NCBI GenBank assembly: GCA_000004985.1
Contig: GG738857.1
Source of the DNA: Naegleria gruberi
Lineage: Eukaryota
DNA length: 64,000 bases
Direction: 5' to 3' (one strand)
The notes beneath the pieces were generated by a model, which had not been told where the DNA came from, did not search any database, and saw nothing but the letters and a program-made list of their open reading frames with translations. Below are positions 55,129-64,000 of the stretch, piece by piece. Numbering within the stretch: the first letter of the stretch is position 1; each line of letters begins with the position of its first letter. Made by a program: the position numbers and the translations under genes.

Positions 55129-58100
55129 AACATGATCAAACAGTCAAACATTTCCAGCGTAACACTTGATGGCATACTAATCAAGTTTTATACAAAGTGT
55201 GGACACGAGGAAATGGCAATAGAGCTCTATAGAGATATCATTTCACAAAATAAGCCAATAGATGTCATAACTTTTACTTGTGTCATTCAAGCATTTGCTC
55301 AACAAAAACAAATAGAACAAGCAATAGGCGCTTTGGAGGAAATGAAAAAGAGAAATATTAACCCAAATAGTGTAACATTTACTATATTAATTAGGTTGTG
55401 TGCAGAAAATCAATATTACAAAGAAGGTGTGAAATTACATGAAATGATCAAAATATCGAAAATTTCGAGTTTAGAATTGAGTAACTCATTAATGAATTTT
55501 TACACAAAATGTGGTAAACCTGATGTTGCCCTTCAACTATTTGAACAACTCAAAGTTGGCAAAATGAAATTGAATGTAGCTTCTTGGTCATGTGCAATTC
55601 AGGCCCTTGGAGAGAAAAAAGACATCAGAGGAGCAATTGGTTTATTGGAAGAAATGCAAGCCAATAATATCAAAGCAGATTCTATTCTATTTACCATATT
55701 ATTATCTCTATGTGCAGACAATCAACTTTATGAAGAAGGAGTGAAATTACATGAAATTATCAACGTATTGAAAATTTCTAGTTTAGGATTGTCGAACACA
55801 TTAATGAATTTTTATAACAAATGTGATCAAACCAGTATATCACTTGAAATATTTGAAGAACTTAAAAAAGAAAACAAGACAAATGTTGTATCATGGAATT
55901 GTGCAATTCAAGCTCTTGCTAAACAGAAACATTTCAAAAAAGCTATTGATTTATTGGAAGAAATGGAATCAAACAAAGTCAAACCAGACACTATTACATT
56001 CACAATACTTATTAGTTTCTGCGCGGAAAATCAGCTCTATGAGGAAGGTGTAAAATTGCATGAGTTCATACAAAGGTTAAATGTATCGAGTTTGGAATTG
56101 AGCAATACATTGATGACCTTTTACACCAAATGTCACAAACCTGAAGTTTCACTCGCGATGTTTGAACATCTTACAAAAGAAAACAAAGCTGATAACGTAT
56201 CTTGGAATTGTGTAATTCAAGCACTTATCCAAAAAGAAGATATAACAAAGGTAACCGAGCTACTGGATAGTATGGCAAAAACCAATATTATGGTTGATGT
56301 TTCCATGTTAGTAGCTGTAGTGAATAAGTGCACAGAACGAAAATTGTTAAAGGAGGGAGTTTTGTTTCACAAGCAGATGAGAATACACAAAATTGAAAAT
56401 GTAGAATTGAGTAATTCCTTAATGAATTTTTACACTAAGTCTGGCCAACCTAATTTATCACTTGAAATATTTGAAGAACTTAAAAAAGAAAACAAGACGA
56501 ATGTTATATCATGGAATTGTGCAATCCAAGCTCTTGGACAAAAAAAAGACATCAACAAAGCTATTGATTTGTTAAAGGATATGCAAATCAATTCTGTTAA
56601 ACCAGACTTCGTAACATTTACTACATTAGTTAGTTTATGCGCAAAGAATCAGCTCTATAGCGAAGGAGTAACATTACATACAATTATCAAAAGCCTTGGT
56701 ATGGAAAATATAGAATTGTCAAACACATTAATGAATTTTTACACAAAATGTGGTAAACCTGATGTTGCCCTTCAACTATTTGAACAGCTCAAAATTGGCA
56801 AAATGAAATTGAATGTAGCTTCTTGGTCATGTGCAATTCAGGCCCTTGGAGAGAAAAAAGATATCAGAGGAGCAATTGGTTTATTGGAGGAAATGCAAGC
56901 CAATAATATCAAAGCAGATTCTATTTTATTTACCATATTATTATCTCTATGTGCAGACAATCAACTTTATGAAGAAGGAGTGAAATTACATGAAATAATC
57001 AAAGTATTGAAAATTTCTAGTTTGGAATTGTCACACACATTAATGAATTTTTACACAAAATGTGGCCACACTAACGTTGCGCTTCAGCTATTTGAGGACT
57101 TGAAAAAAGAAAATAATACCAATGCTATTTCTTGGAACAGTGCTATTCAAGCCTTAGTGCTAGCTAAAGACACCCAGAAAGCAATAGACCTTCTTGCAGA
57201 AATGCAATTGCTCAATGTTAAACCAGATACTATTACGTTCACTATATTAATTGGTCTGTGTGCAGAAAATCAATATTACAAAGAAGGAGTGAAATTACAT
57301 GAAATGATCAAAGTATTGAACATTTCAAGTTTAGAATTGAGTAATTCATTAATGAATTTTTACACAAAATGTGGTCAACCTGATGTTGCACTTCAACTAT
57401 TTGAACAGCTTAAAATTGACAAGATGAAAATGAATGTAGTTTCTTGGTCATGTGCAATTCAGGCCCTTGGAGAGAAAAAAGACATCAGAGGAGCAATTGG
57501 TTTATTGGAAGAAATGCAAGCCAATAATATCAAAGCAGATACTATTTTATTTACTATTTTACTAACTTTATGTGCAGACAATCAACTTTATGAAGAAGGA
57601 GTGAAATTACATGAAATAATCAAAGTATTGAAAATTTCAAGTTTGGAATTGTCAAATACATTAATGAATTTTTACACAAAATGTGGACAAACCAGTATAT
57701 CACTTGAAATATTTGAAGAACTTAAAAAAGAAAACAAGACAAATGTTGTATCATGGAATAGTGCAATCCAAGCTCTGCGATCTAGGAAAGATATTACAAG
57801 AGCCTTTGAATTGCTAGAGGAAATGAAAAAACTCAACATTGAACCAGATGAAATAACATATGTTAGCCTTCTTACTCTATGTGCAGACAGTGTTGCCATT
57901 AAGCAGGGAGAGGAGGTGGTGCAGCAGTTCAAAACAAAACATATAGCAAAAAGTGTCTTTTGGATTGGTGCAACTATAAGCTTTCATGCAAAAGTTGGAA
58001 GATTGGAAAGAGCAGAATCAGTATTCAATGAATATTTATCTAACAACCCACCATTTGATCCAATCTTGACAAGTGTTATGATAGATGCTTATGCCAAACA

Positions 58101-58980
58101 TGGAAAAGGAAAAGAGGCTGTTTATTTGTATCAACAAATAATTGATAGAAACCAACTCCCAAGTGCAGAGGCTGTTACAAGTGTTTTAACCGCTTGTAGT
58201 CATGCAGGGTTAGTTGATGAGGCAAGAAGAATTTACAAGTCAATTGAAAATACACAAGTATGTACACCAAGTCACAAAGCTTGTATGGTAGATGTTTTGG
58301 CCAGAAGTGGATATTTGGAGGAGGCTGAACAATTTATTGGTTCATCAAGAGATGTAGTTAGTTGGGTAACACTACTGGGAGCATGCAGAATTCATACGAA
58401 TGTTGAAATAGCTGAAAGAACGTTTGATATTCTCTTAGAAATAGACAATGAACAAGCTTCCCACTATGTACAAATGTCACATATTTACAATCAAATGGGA
58501 CAAATTGACAAGGCAAACGAAGTAAGGGAATTAATGAAACGTAATAATGCAACGAAAATTCCTGGAATTACCACTATTGAGGTTGATGGTGAGACCCATA
58601 ATTTTGTGTCAGATGATTCATACCACCCTAGAATGCAAGAAATTAACCAAGAGTTAGAAAAGCTGAATAAGGAAATGTTAGATGCTGGTTATGCTCCAGA
58701 TACTAGATGGGTAACAAGGTTAGATGTTGATCCAAATGATGAAAAAAAGAAGAAAGAATTATTATGTAGACACTCCGAAAGAATAGCAATGGCATTTGCT
58801 TTTATTTCATTACCAAAAGATGAACCAATTGTGATGAGAAAGAATTTGAGAGTGTGTGGCGATTGCCATACAGCTACCAAATTCATTTCCAAAATAAGAA
58901 AAAGGGAAATAATTGTGAGAGATGCCAGTAGGCATCATCATTTTAAAGATGGCAAATGCTCATGTGGTGACTTCTTCTAA
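55129..58980 (+). CDS. PLS-class pentatricopeptide-repeat protein with C-terminal E1/E2 motifs and a DYW-type cytidine-deaminase domain (plant-type organellar RNA-editing factor). The 5' end is missing in the gap.
   Basis: Nine tandem units of about 104 aa, each three helical-hairpin (PLS-like) motifs, are followed by HAKVGRLERAESVF, MIDAYAKHGKGKEA, VTSVLTACSHAGLVDEA and HKACMVDVLARSGYLEEA. Then come the E motifs (WVTLLGACRIHTNVEIAE...HYVQMSHIYNQ) and PGITTIEVDGETHNFVSDDSYHP. The DYW domain reads LLCRHSERIAMAFAFISLPKDEPIVMRKNLRVCGDCHTATKFISKIRKREIIVRDASRHHHFKDGKCSCGDFF. The zinc-binding deaminase motifs HSE and CGDCH are both present. The terminal tripeptide is DFF rather than DYW. Confidence 0.85.
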   Translation, partial: NMIKQSNISSVTLDGILIKFYTKCGHEEMAIELYRDIISQNKPIDVITFTCVIQAFAQQKQIEQAIGALEEMKKRNINPNSVTFTILIRLCAENQYYKEGVKLHEMIKISKISSLELSNSLMNFYTKCGKPDVALQLFEQLKVGKMKLNVASWSCAIQALGEKKDIRGAIGLLEEMQANNIKADSILFTILLSLCADNQLYEEGVKLHEIINVLKISSLGLSNTLMNFYNKCDQTSISLEIFEELKKENKTNVVSWNCAIQALAKQKHFKKAIDLLEEMESNKVKPDTITFTILISFCAENQLYEEGVKLHEFIQRLNVSSLELSNTLMTFYTKCHKPEVSLAMFEHLTKENKADNVSWNCVIQALIQKEDITKVTELLDSMAKTNIMVDVSMLVAVVNKCTERKLLKEGVLFHKQMRIHKIENVELSNSLMNFYTKSGQPNLSLEIFEELKKENKTNVISWNCAIQALGQKKDINKAIDLLKDMQINSVKPDFVTFTTLVSLCAKNQLYSEGVTLHTIIKSLGMENIELSNTLMNFYTKCGKPDVALQLFEQLKIGKMKLNVASWSCAIQALGEKKDIRGAIGLLEEMQANNIKADSILFTILLSLCADNQLYEEGVKLHEIIKVLKISSLELSHTLMNFYTKCGHTNVALQLFEDLKKENNTNAISWNSAIQALVLAKDTQKAIDLLAEMQLLNVKPDTITFTILIGLCAENQYYKEGVKLHEMIKVLNISSLELSNSLMNFYTKCGQPDVALQLFEQLKIDKMKMNVVSWSCAIQALGEKKDIRGAIGLLEEMQANNIKADTILFTILLTLCADNQLYEEGVKLHEIIKVLKISSLELSNTLMNFYTKCGQTSISLEIFEELKKENKTNVVSWNSAIQALRSRKDITRAFELLEEMKKLNIEPDEITYVSLLTLCADSVAIKQGEEVVQQFKTKHIAKSVFWIGATISFHAKVGRLERAESVFNEYLSNNPPFDPILTSVMIDAYAKHGKGKEAVYLYQQIIDRNQLPSAEAVTSVLTACSHAGLVDEARRIYKSIENTQVCTPSHKACMVDVLARSGYLEEAEQFIGSSRDVVSWVTLLGACRIHTNVEIAERTFDILLEIDNEQASHYVQMSHIYNQMGQIDKANEVRELMKRNNATKIPGITTIEVDGETHNFVSDDSYHPRMQEINQELEKLNKEMLDAGYAPDTRWVTRLDVDPNDEKKKKELLCRHSERIAMAFAFISLPKDEPIVMRKNLRVCGDCHTATKFISKIRKREIIVRDASRHHHFKDGKCSCGDFF
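55440..57700 (+). repeat. Near-identical tandem repeats of about 312-330 nt (PLS triplet units) inside the PPR gene
   Basis: Units at about 55440-55790, 56690-57040 and 57300-57660 share roughly 95-98% nucleotide identity. An example is aaatgtggtaaacctgatgttgcccttcaactatttgaaca...gaaattatcaa. A second repeat class with ccagtatatcacttgaaatatttgaagaacttaaaaaagaaaacaagac occurs at about 55830, 56455 and 57690. Confidence 0.7.
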
Positions 58981-59200
58981 TTTGATATGAAATTATATTG
59001 CTGGAAATAATTTGGATACTTTTTGTGGATAAAATTCTTAAATAGTTTCAAAATTGACTAATTTTAATTTATTCTTATTAGAAAAATAAAATTCGAAATC
59101 TTAATAAATGGTGCACAGAATTATTGCTTGTGAACATTTCAGTTTGAGTCATTAGTGCTTTTTGATTATTGTAAACAGTTGACTCTTTTGGTTCGATCTG

Positions 59201-59663
59201 TCAACTTGAACCATTTTTCACAAGGTCACCATCTTTCGAATAGATTGCAGAACTCAAACTACTCATCCATTCCAAATTCCTCTCTCTTTTGATAAAATCC
59301 ATCCTTTGGATGATTTCTGTGCCACTTCTTATGATTAGTATCTCTATTATGATCATGTCTATAATGTTTCCACTTTTGTTGGTGATGTTCCTCTGCTGTT
59401 TTAATATATTCAACTCTTCTATATCCCTTCTCACTATTATACTTGTGATAGGAATTTGTAATGACCTCTTCCGATGATGAAGTGGCACTTGTCTTGTGCA
59501 ATCGATAGGCTCCACTCTTATATTGTAAATTGGTCGATGATTTAATTCGGAATTTACATCTTCCCTGTTGTGAGTAGGAATGATCAGTGTTGGTTTTATT
59601 GACTCGTGGAGTCATGCTGAATTTTACTAAACCAGCACGACATAGGGAACCCATCATCTTCAT
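59201..59663 (-). CDS. Hypothetical basic His/Lys-rich protein
   Basis: The ORF-track entry 59259..59663 encodes 134 aa and is joined by a possible short exon around 59201-59258. There is no recognisable domain and the coding status is weak. Confidence 0.25.
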
Positions 59664-59852
59664 GATTATTTGTTTTTTTCTTCTTGATTTTTATTATTAG
59701 ATTTCAGAAGATGTGGAGAAATTTAGAGAAAATGTTCGGAAGAGTTCTTGTTTTTGTAATGTTGTGGAAAATTACAAAGAAATACAGTGTTAAATCCAAT
59801 ACTCTTCATCTTGATCCTATTGAATGTGTTACTACTAGTATTACACGAAAAA

Positions 59853-61474
59853 AATGTCCCAACATCAAGTGTATGATGAGTTGAAGAAGGTAAGGACATG
59901 ATGAATAAGCTTATCTCTAAAAAAGCAAATTGCAACACATACGGAAGAAGAGTAGAGATAATCAAAAGTGGGAAGAAAATCGTAAAATATTGAGAAATTC
60001 GTTCATTCCGATCGAGTTTAGAAATGATCGTGATTATGTAAAGAGGAATGTCGAAATGTACAGTAGAACCTTTGAATGGGCTTCTGAGGAATTGAGATCC
60101 GATAAGAAATTAATCATGGAAGCATTGGTAAAGATGAGTTCCTTTCCGGCGTTGGAATTCATCTCTGATTCATTGAAGAAGGATCAGGAATTTATTAGTA
60201 AGATGATTGAACAAAATCCAATCTTGATGGATGGAGCCAGTGAATATAACATTAATTTTATTAAGGAGGCAATTAGAAAGGGGTTGAAGAAATTTCCTCC
60301 AAAGAAAGTAGCAGTTGTGGATAGGAAAGAAATGTTGGAAAAGTTCAAAAAGAAGGAGATTGAATTTTGGGATTTACCTGAAAAGTTTAAAAAGGATGAT
60401 GAATTTTGCTTGATTGCAATTCAGAGGAGTTTGAATATAATGCAGGAAATTGGGCCAAATCTGAGTAGAGAAATGATTATTAAGGCAGTGAGGGAAGCAT
60501 CGTTCCTTGCATTCTATCATGCTGATGAAAATTTAAAGAAGGATAAGTTGCTTATTGGAAGATTGATTAAAATAGATCCTCATGTATTATTATTTGCTGA
60601 TAAGGAGGTAAGAAAAGATAGAACAATTATATCAGATGCTGTTAAATTGGATGTTGAAACATTGAATTATGCCACAAATGATATTTTGAAAGATGTCCAA
60701 TTTGTACAGAAAATCAAGTCAACTGGAGGTTCAAAAGACTCTAAAAATCACAAAGAAGTCATTTTGTTAGCACTCTCTTATGCTCCAGAAATTGCTGCCA
60801 TCATACCCCTTTCTTTGAAGAAGAATAAGGAATTCATGCTTCAAGCAATCAATGCTGGAGGTTCAGAGGTGCTACATCATCTTCACGAATCATTGAAGGA
60901 TGATAAGGAATTCATACTAAAAGCAATCAAATCAATTGAATATTGTTCAATGTTGGCAGAATGCCTCCCAGAAAGTTTACTCTCAGATAAGGAAATTGTT
61001 TTGGCAGTTGTAGAGAAGGATCCAGGAAGTTTCAATCACTTTAAAAACTTGTCAGACATTCCATTCACTAGAGAGATGATTCTAAAAGTTGTGAAAGAAA
61101 GTGCAAGTGCATACAAGGGAATTCCAGAAGAATTCAAAAAAGATAAGGAAATTGCTTTAGAAACAATGAAGGGAGGCCTAGCCTACCTTATCAGTAAAGT
61201 ACCTGATGAATTAAAGAAAGATAGAGAATTTATTTTGAAATGTTCACAAGAGAATCCTGAAGTGGTTAGATATTGCATTGATGATTTCAGATTCGATTCA
61301 GAATTTTGTTTGCAAGCTATACGATTGAATGGATGTGTTCTTGGTAAGGTCCTGATAGACAAGACAAGAGAAATGGAAATTGAGGCTGTAAAACAGAATG
61401 GGTTCTTTCTTCCATCTAGTGAAATTCTGGGCGAATTGCTAAAGATTAGAATGGAACATTTCAACAGTATTTAA
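59853..61474 (+). CDS. DUF4116-type repeat protein (paralogue of 27641-29146). Two exons: 59853-59888 and 59948-61474.
   Basis: The candidate first exon MSQHQVYDELKK has a GTAAGG donor at 59889. A 59-nt intron reaches the acceptor aag at 59946-59947, in phase 0 with the long ORF. The DUF4116-like repeats include KDKLLIGRLIKIDPHVLLFADKEVRKDRTIISDAVKLDVETLNYA and KEFMLQAINAGGSEVLHHLHESLKDDKEFILKAIKS. Confidence 0.55.
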
Positions 61475-61674
61475 CCAGCTCTCTTCATCCTATTATTACA
61501 TGTGACAATGTTCCAAATCTGTGTGATATGCGAAATATGCCAAACTTGTCAATGGATGAATATAAACCACTCCTGGAGTTATAGGTCCTATCTTATTATT
61601 GTAATCTCAATCTTTTCTGAACAATGCTGAACTAGTAGCTGTAATAATAAATTAGACCATTGTAACAAGACCCT

Positions 61675-62532
61675 TTATTTTCTCATCAATGTTCCATAAA
61701 TAATGTCTCCAACAAAAGAAACAGGAGTACAAAGAATTGAATAAGTCATAGAGGCAGCAAAACCAGAATAGAATCTACGTAAACCTTCACTCTTAATGGC
61801 CTTTACAGTTTCTGGTACTGATTGTTGTTCTGATTTCTTTTGAGCTTGTATACGTCTGGTAACTGTTAATAAAGGATAGGTAATAAGGCTTGTCAAAATA
61901 GTTGTCAATGTTCCACAAATTAATTCATCAGTAAATGAAGAACCTGTTGCAAGTGATTTACGTTTCAATAGTGGAGCCAAGGCACTATGAATAATAAGAT
62001 AAAATACAGAATGAATTTCGTTACCAATAACTTGAAGAAGGAAACCCCTATATAATCCTAATAATCCTTCTTCATTAAATACCTTCTTTAATCCAGTAAA
62101 AACATTATCATTAGTCATTGATGGATCGGAAACCAATTTTACATAAACTGTACTGAATGGTAAAGATAACAATGGACTAATTACATGTCCCAAGAAATTA
62201 TTATTTGGTACAATAGCAGAACAAAGACGTTTTCCTAAAACCTTTGCCCAAGCGTTCAGCAAACTTGCATCAAGTCCTCTATACAAAGCCAAACCATTAA
62301 TAACTTTCTTTTCCGAAGCTACAGTAGTAGATGTTGAATTATTCGTCGATGATGATAAAGATGATGTTGAATCATCAGTCTTTTTAGTGGTAACAATTTT
62401 AATCAGAACATGAAAGGCATTTCCCTGTACGGTACGTGTTTGTTGGGCAACTTGAATACGCTGTATTGGAGAACAAACAACTCGGGCCAGTGTTTGAGTA
62501 AAGACTTCTCTAGTGATGGAAATATCCTGCAT
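61675..62532 (-). CDS. Mitochondrial carrier family (SLC25-like) protein
   Basis: ATG at 62532. Three tandem carrier repeats carry the signatures PIQRIQVAQQ, GLALYRGLDASLL, GLLGLYRGFLLQV, PLLTVTRRIQAQ and GLRRFYSGFAASM, each associated with hydrophobic helices. Confidence 0.7.
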   Translation of the reverse strand: MQDISITREVFTQTLARVVCSPIQRIQVAQQTRTVQGNAFHVLIKIVTTKKTDDSTSSLSSSTNNSTSTTVASEKKVINGLALYRGLDASLLNAWAKVLGKRLCSAIVPNNNFLGHVISPLLSLPFSTVYVKLVSDPSMTNDNVFTGLKKVFNEEGLLGLYRGFLLQVIGNEIHSVFYLIIHSALAPLLKRKSLATGSSFTDELICGTLTTILTSLITYPLLTVTRRIQAQKKSEQQSVPETVKAIKSEGLRRFYSGFAASMTYSILCTPVSFVGDIIYGTLMRK

Positions 62533-62788
62533 CTTTTGTTTTTGAATATTTTTTTAAATATAAAGTGCGCCAATTTTAAATCAAAATCAATTTCTTTTTT
62601 AGCCCTCAGTCAATAGTTCAATTCTGTGTTATGATGATTGTTTTATTATTAAGATGAGTATTAGTACTGATTGTTGTTGATTTTTAATGTTGTACAGGTA
62701 ATAGTGGGTAGGAAATGAATTTTTGAAAGTCCGATTTCAATGTCCTCTCTTAAGGATTACAATAAGGAATTCATGATATTGTGTGGAT

Positions 62789-63976
62789 TTATTGGATTGG
62801 ACATGTGGAATGAGGTAAAACAGAGTTACAGGAAGAAGGAAGTGTTGCACATCTAATGCTAGATGATGGATGGAAAGTTTGATCACATTCTCCACTTTCT
62901 GAATTCCACACTCGAATGGTATTATCATCTGAAAAACTAATAATACTGAGATTATTGACAATTACCTCATAGACAAAGTTTTTGTGACTTCTCAATGCCT
63001 TTGATTGTTGTCCATCAAATTTGGCGATGGTAACTTGTCTATCTGTTGAACCAGTTACTATATAGTTCATACTCAAATCTGATGAGAGCAACATGACATC
63101 AACGGCATAAACAAATCCATTGGATACTTCAATTTTCTTGACTTGTACAAAATGGGCATCAGAAATATCCCACAAAACTACAGACCTATCGCATGAGGCA
63201 CTCAATAAATAATCCTTATGATCAATAGTGACCCGTTTTAAATAGAGTACAGCATCCGTGTGTGATCTTTTTACATCCCATTCCTCCGATAAGTTTCCAG
63301 CATACCACATCTTTACTGCACCATTAACTAGACCTGCAATTAAATAATCTCCAAAGAGACAAACACAACGAACATTTGAAGTATCTGCCTTTCTTTCGAA
63401 TTGCACTTCCTTAAATATTGGAGTAGGATCTGTTGGTGAGCTAATCGAAATATCAAAAATATGAATAGACCCTACACTTGAGTTTACAACCAAAAAATTA
63501 TCATTCAAGTCCATGGTGAGGACTGGCGATTCTAATTTAAAACTGGTCAATTGTTCCAATATTGAATGATCATTAGAACATCGGGAAAGTATAACATGAC
63601 CATCCTCTCCACATGTGAAAATATAATTTTGATTCTCCCTTTTAAAGGTTTTGATATCGTGTATAATATTGGAATGCACTTTCAATGAGGTGACGCATTT
63701 TTCTCTGTAGAGATCCCAAACTTCGATATATCCACTTATAGATCCACAATACACAATCGATTGAATGTAGGTTCGTGGCTCCAATTCTGAATAGTTCTTG
63801 AGTCGGTTGTTTTGCATTTCATTTTTTAAATTTTCACTTATGGTTGAATTGCTCATGAGCTCCTCAAATTCCTGATTACTAAGACTACAAACTCTCAATG
63901 ATTTCCACAAATTATCCCTTTCAACTTGATTAATCTCTGGATGTGATTCGATGAACCAAGAAATAGCTCGATACAC
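62789..63976 (-). CDS. WD40-repeat protein. The N-terminal assignment is uncertain because the window ends at 64000.
   Basis: Minus-strand ORF of 395 aa with repeated WD signatures: LSASCDRSVVLWD, VTGSTDRQVTIAKFD, FSDDNTIRVWNSESGEC and GEDGHVILSRC. The start at 63976 may be an alternative in-frame start, and the true 5' end may lie beyond the window. Confidence 0.6.
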   Translation of the reverse strand: MYRAISWFIESHPEINQVERDNLWKSLRVCSLSNQEFEELMSNSTISENLKNEMQNNRLKNYSELEPRTYIQSIVYCGSISGYIEVWDLYREKCVTSLKVHSNIIHDIKTFKRENQNYIFTCGEDGHVILSRCSNDHSILEQLTSFKLESPVLTMDLNDNFLVVNSSVGSIHIFDISISSPTDPTPIFKEVQFERKADTSNVRCVCLFGDYLIAGLVNGAVKMWYAGNLSEEWDVKRSHTDAVLYLKRVTIDHKDYLLSASCDRSVVLWDISDAHFVQVKKIEVSNGFVYAVDVMLLSSDLSMNYIVTGSTDRQVTIAKFDGQQSKALRSHKNFVYEVIVNNLSIISFSDDNTIRVWNSESGECDQTFHPSSSIRCATLPSSCNSVLPHSTCPIQ

Positions 63977-64000
63977 TTGATATTCCGAATAAATTCCTAT

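Noticed and set aside
54409-58980. ORF-track entry of 1523 aa fusing a membrane protein with the PPR-DYW protein
   Set aside because: It reads through 287 N residues (the X run). The upstream part is the second exon of the membrane-protein gene starting at 53857. The PPR gene's real 5' end is inside the gap.
1-64000. Prokaryotic-style defence systems, CRISPR arrays, or transposons/retroelements
   Set aside because: The window is clearly eukaryotic, with spliceosomal introns, a tRNA with a eukaryotic-type structure and low-complexity proteins. I saw no transposase, integrase or reverse-transcriptase ORF, no terminal inverted repeats, and no direct-repeat/spacer array.
1-64000. Dictyostelium discoideum as the source
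   Set aside because: Codon usage and the homopolymer tracts are reminiscent of it. But the intergenic regions and introns here are far less AT-extreme, and the introns are shorter than typical for D. discoideum. A DYW-PPR gene and a bacterial-type NOS are not features I associate with that species. I left the taxon open.

Overview
This window is eukaryotic nuclear DNA that is AT-rich and gene-dense. Both strands carry long protein-coding ORFs, and many are split by very short spliceosomal introns of about 43-71 nt, with GTAAGT/GTATGT donors and AG acceptors. Amino-acid homopolymer tracts (Asn/Ser/Gln), three runs of N and one tRNA all point to a eukaryotic assembly. There is no prokaryotic operon structure, CRISPR array or obvious mobile element. 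The codon usage (caa/aga/cca/tta), short introns and gene content suggest a free-living amoeboid protist. The gene content includes hybrid histidine kinases, RGS proteins, RasGEF, RCC1, villin headpiece, DUF4116, a DYW-type PPR protein and a NOS oxygenase. This would fit a heterolobosean such as Naegleria, or an amoebozoan, but I cannot verify the lineage from sequence alone. I resolved about 35 protein-coding genes, mostly by joining ORF-track fragments across introns by hand, plus one tRNA-Lys(UUU). Five items stand out. (1) A PLS-class pentatricopeptide-repeat protein ends in an intact DYW-type cytidine-deaminase domain, a plant-type RNA-editing factor, and is built from near-identical tandem PLS triplets. 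(2) A nitric-oxide synthase oxygenase-domain gene is bacterial-like in sequence but carries two spliceosomal introns and a C-terminal membrane anchor. (3) Two large paralogues lie head to head; each has a TRAFAC-type GTPase N-terminus and a roughly 570-aa conserved C-terminal domain that I do not recognise. (4) Two unusual membrane RGS proteins lie within 7 kb: a 7TM-RGS protein and a 2TM-sensor-PAS-RGS protein. (5) A secreted, highly basic repeat-peptide precursor. Most intron and exon boundaries were derived by eye and should be treated as approximate.
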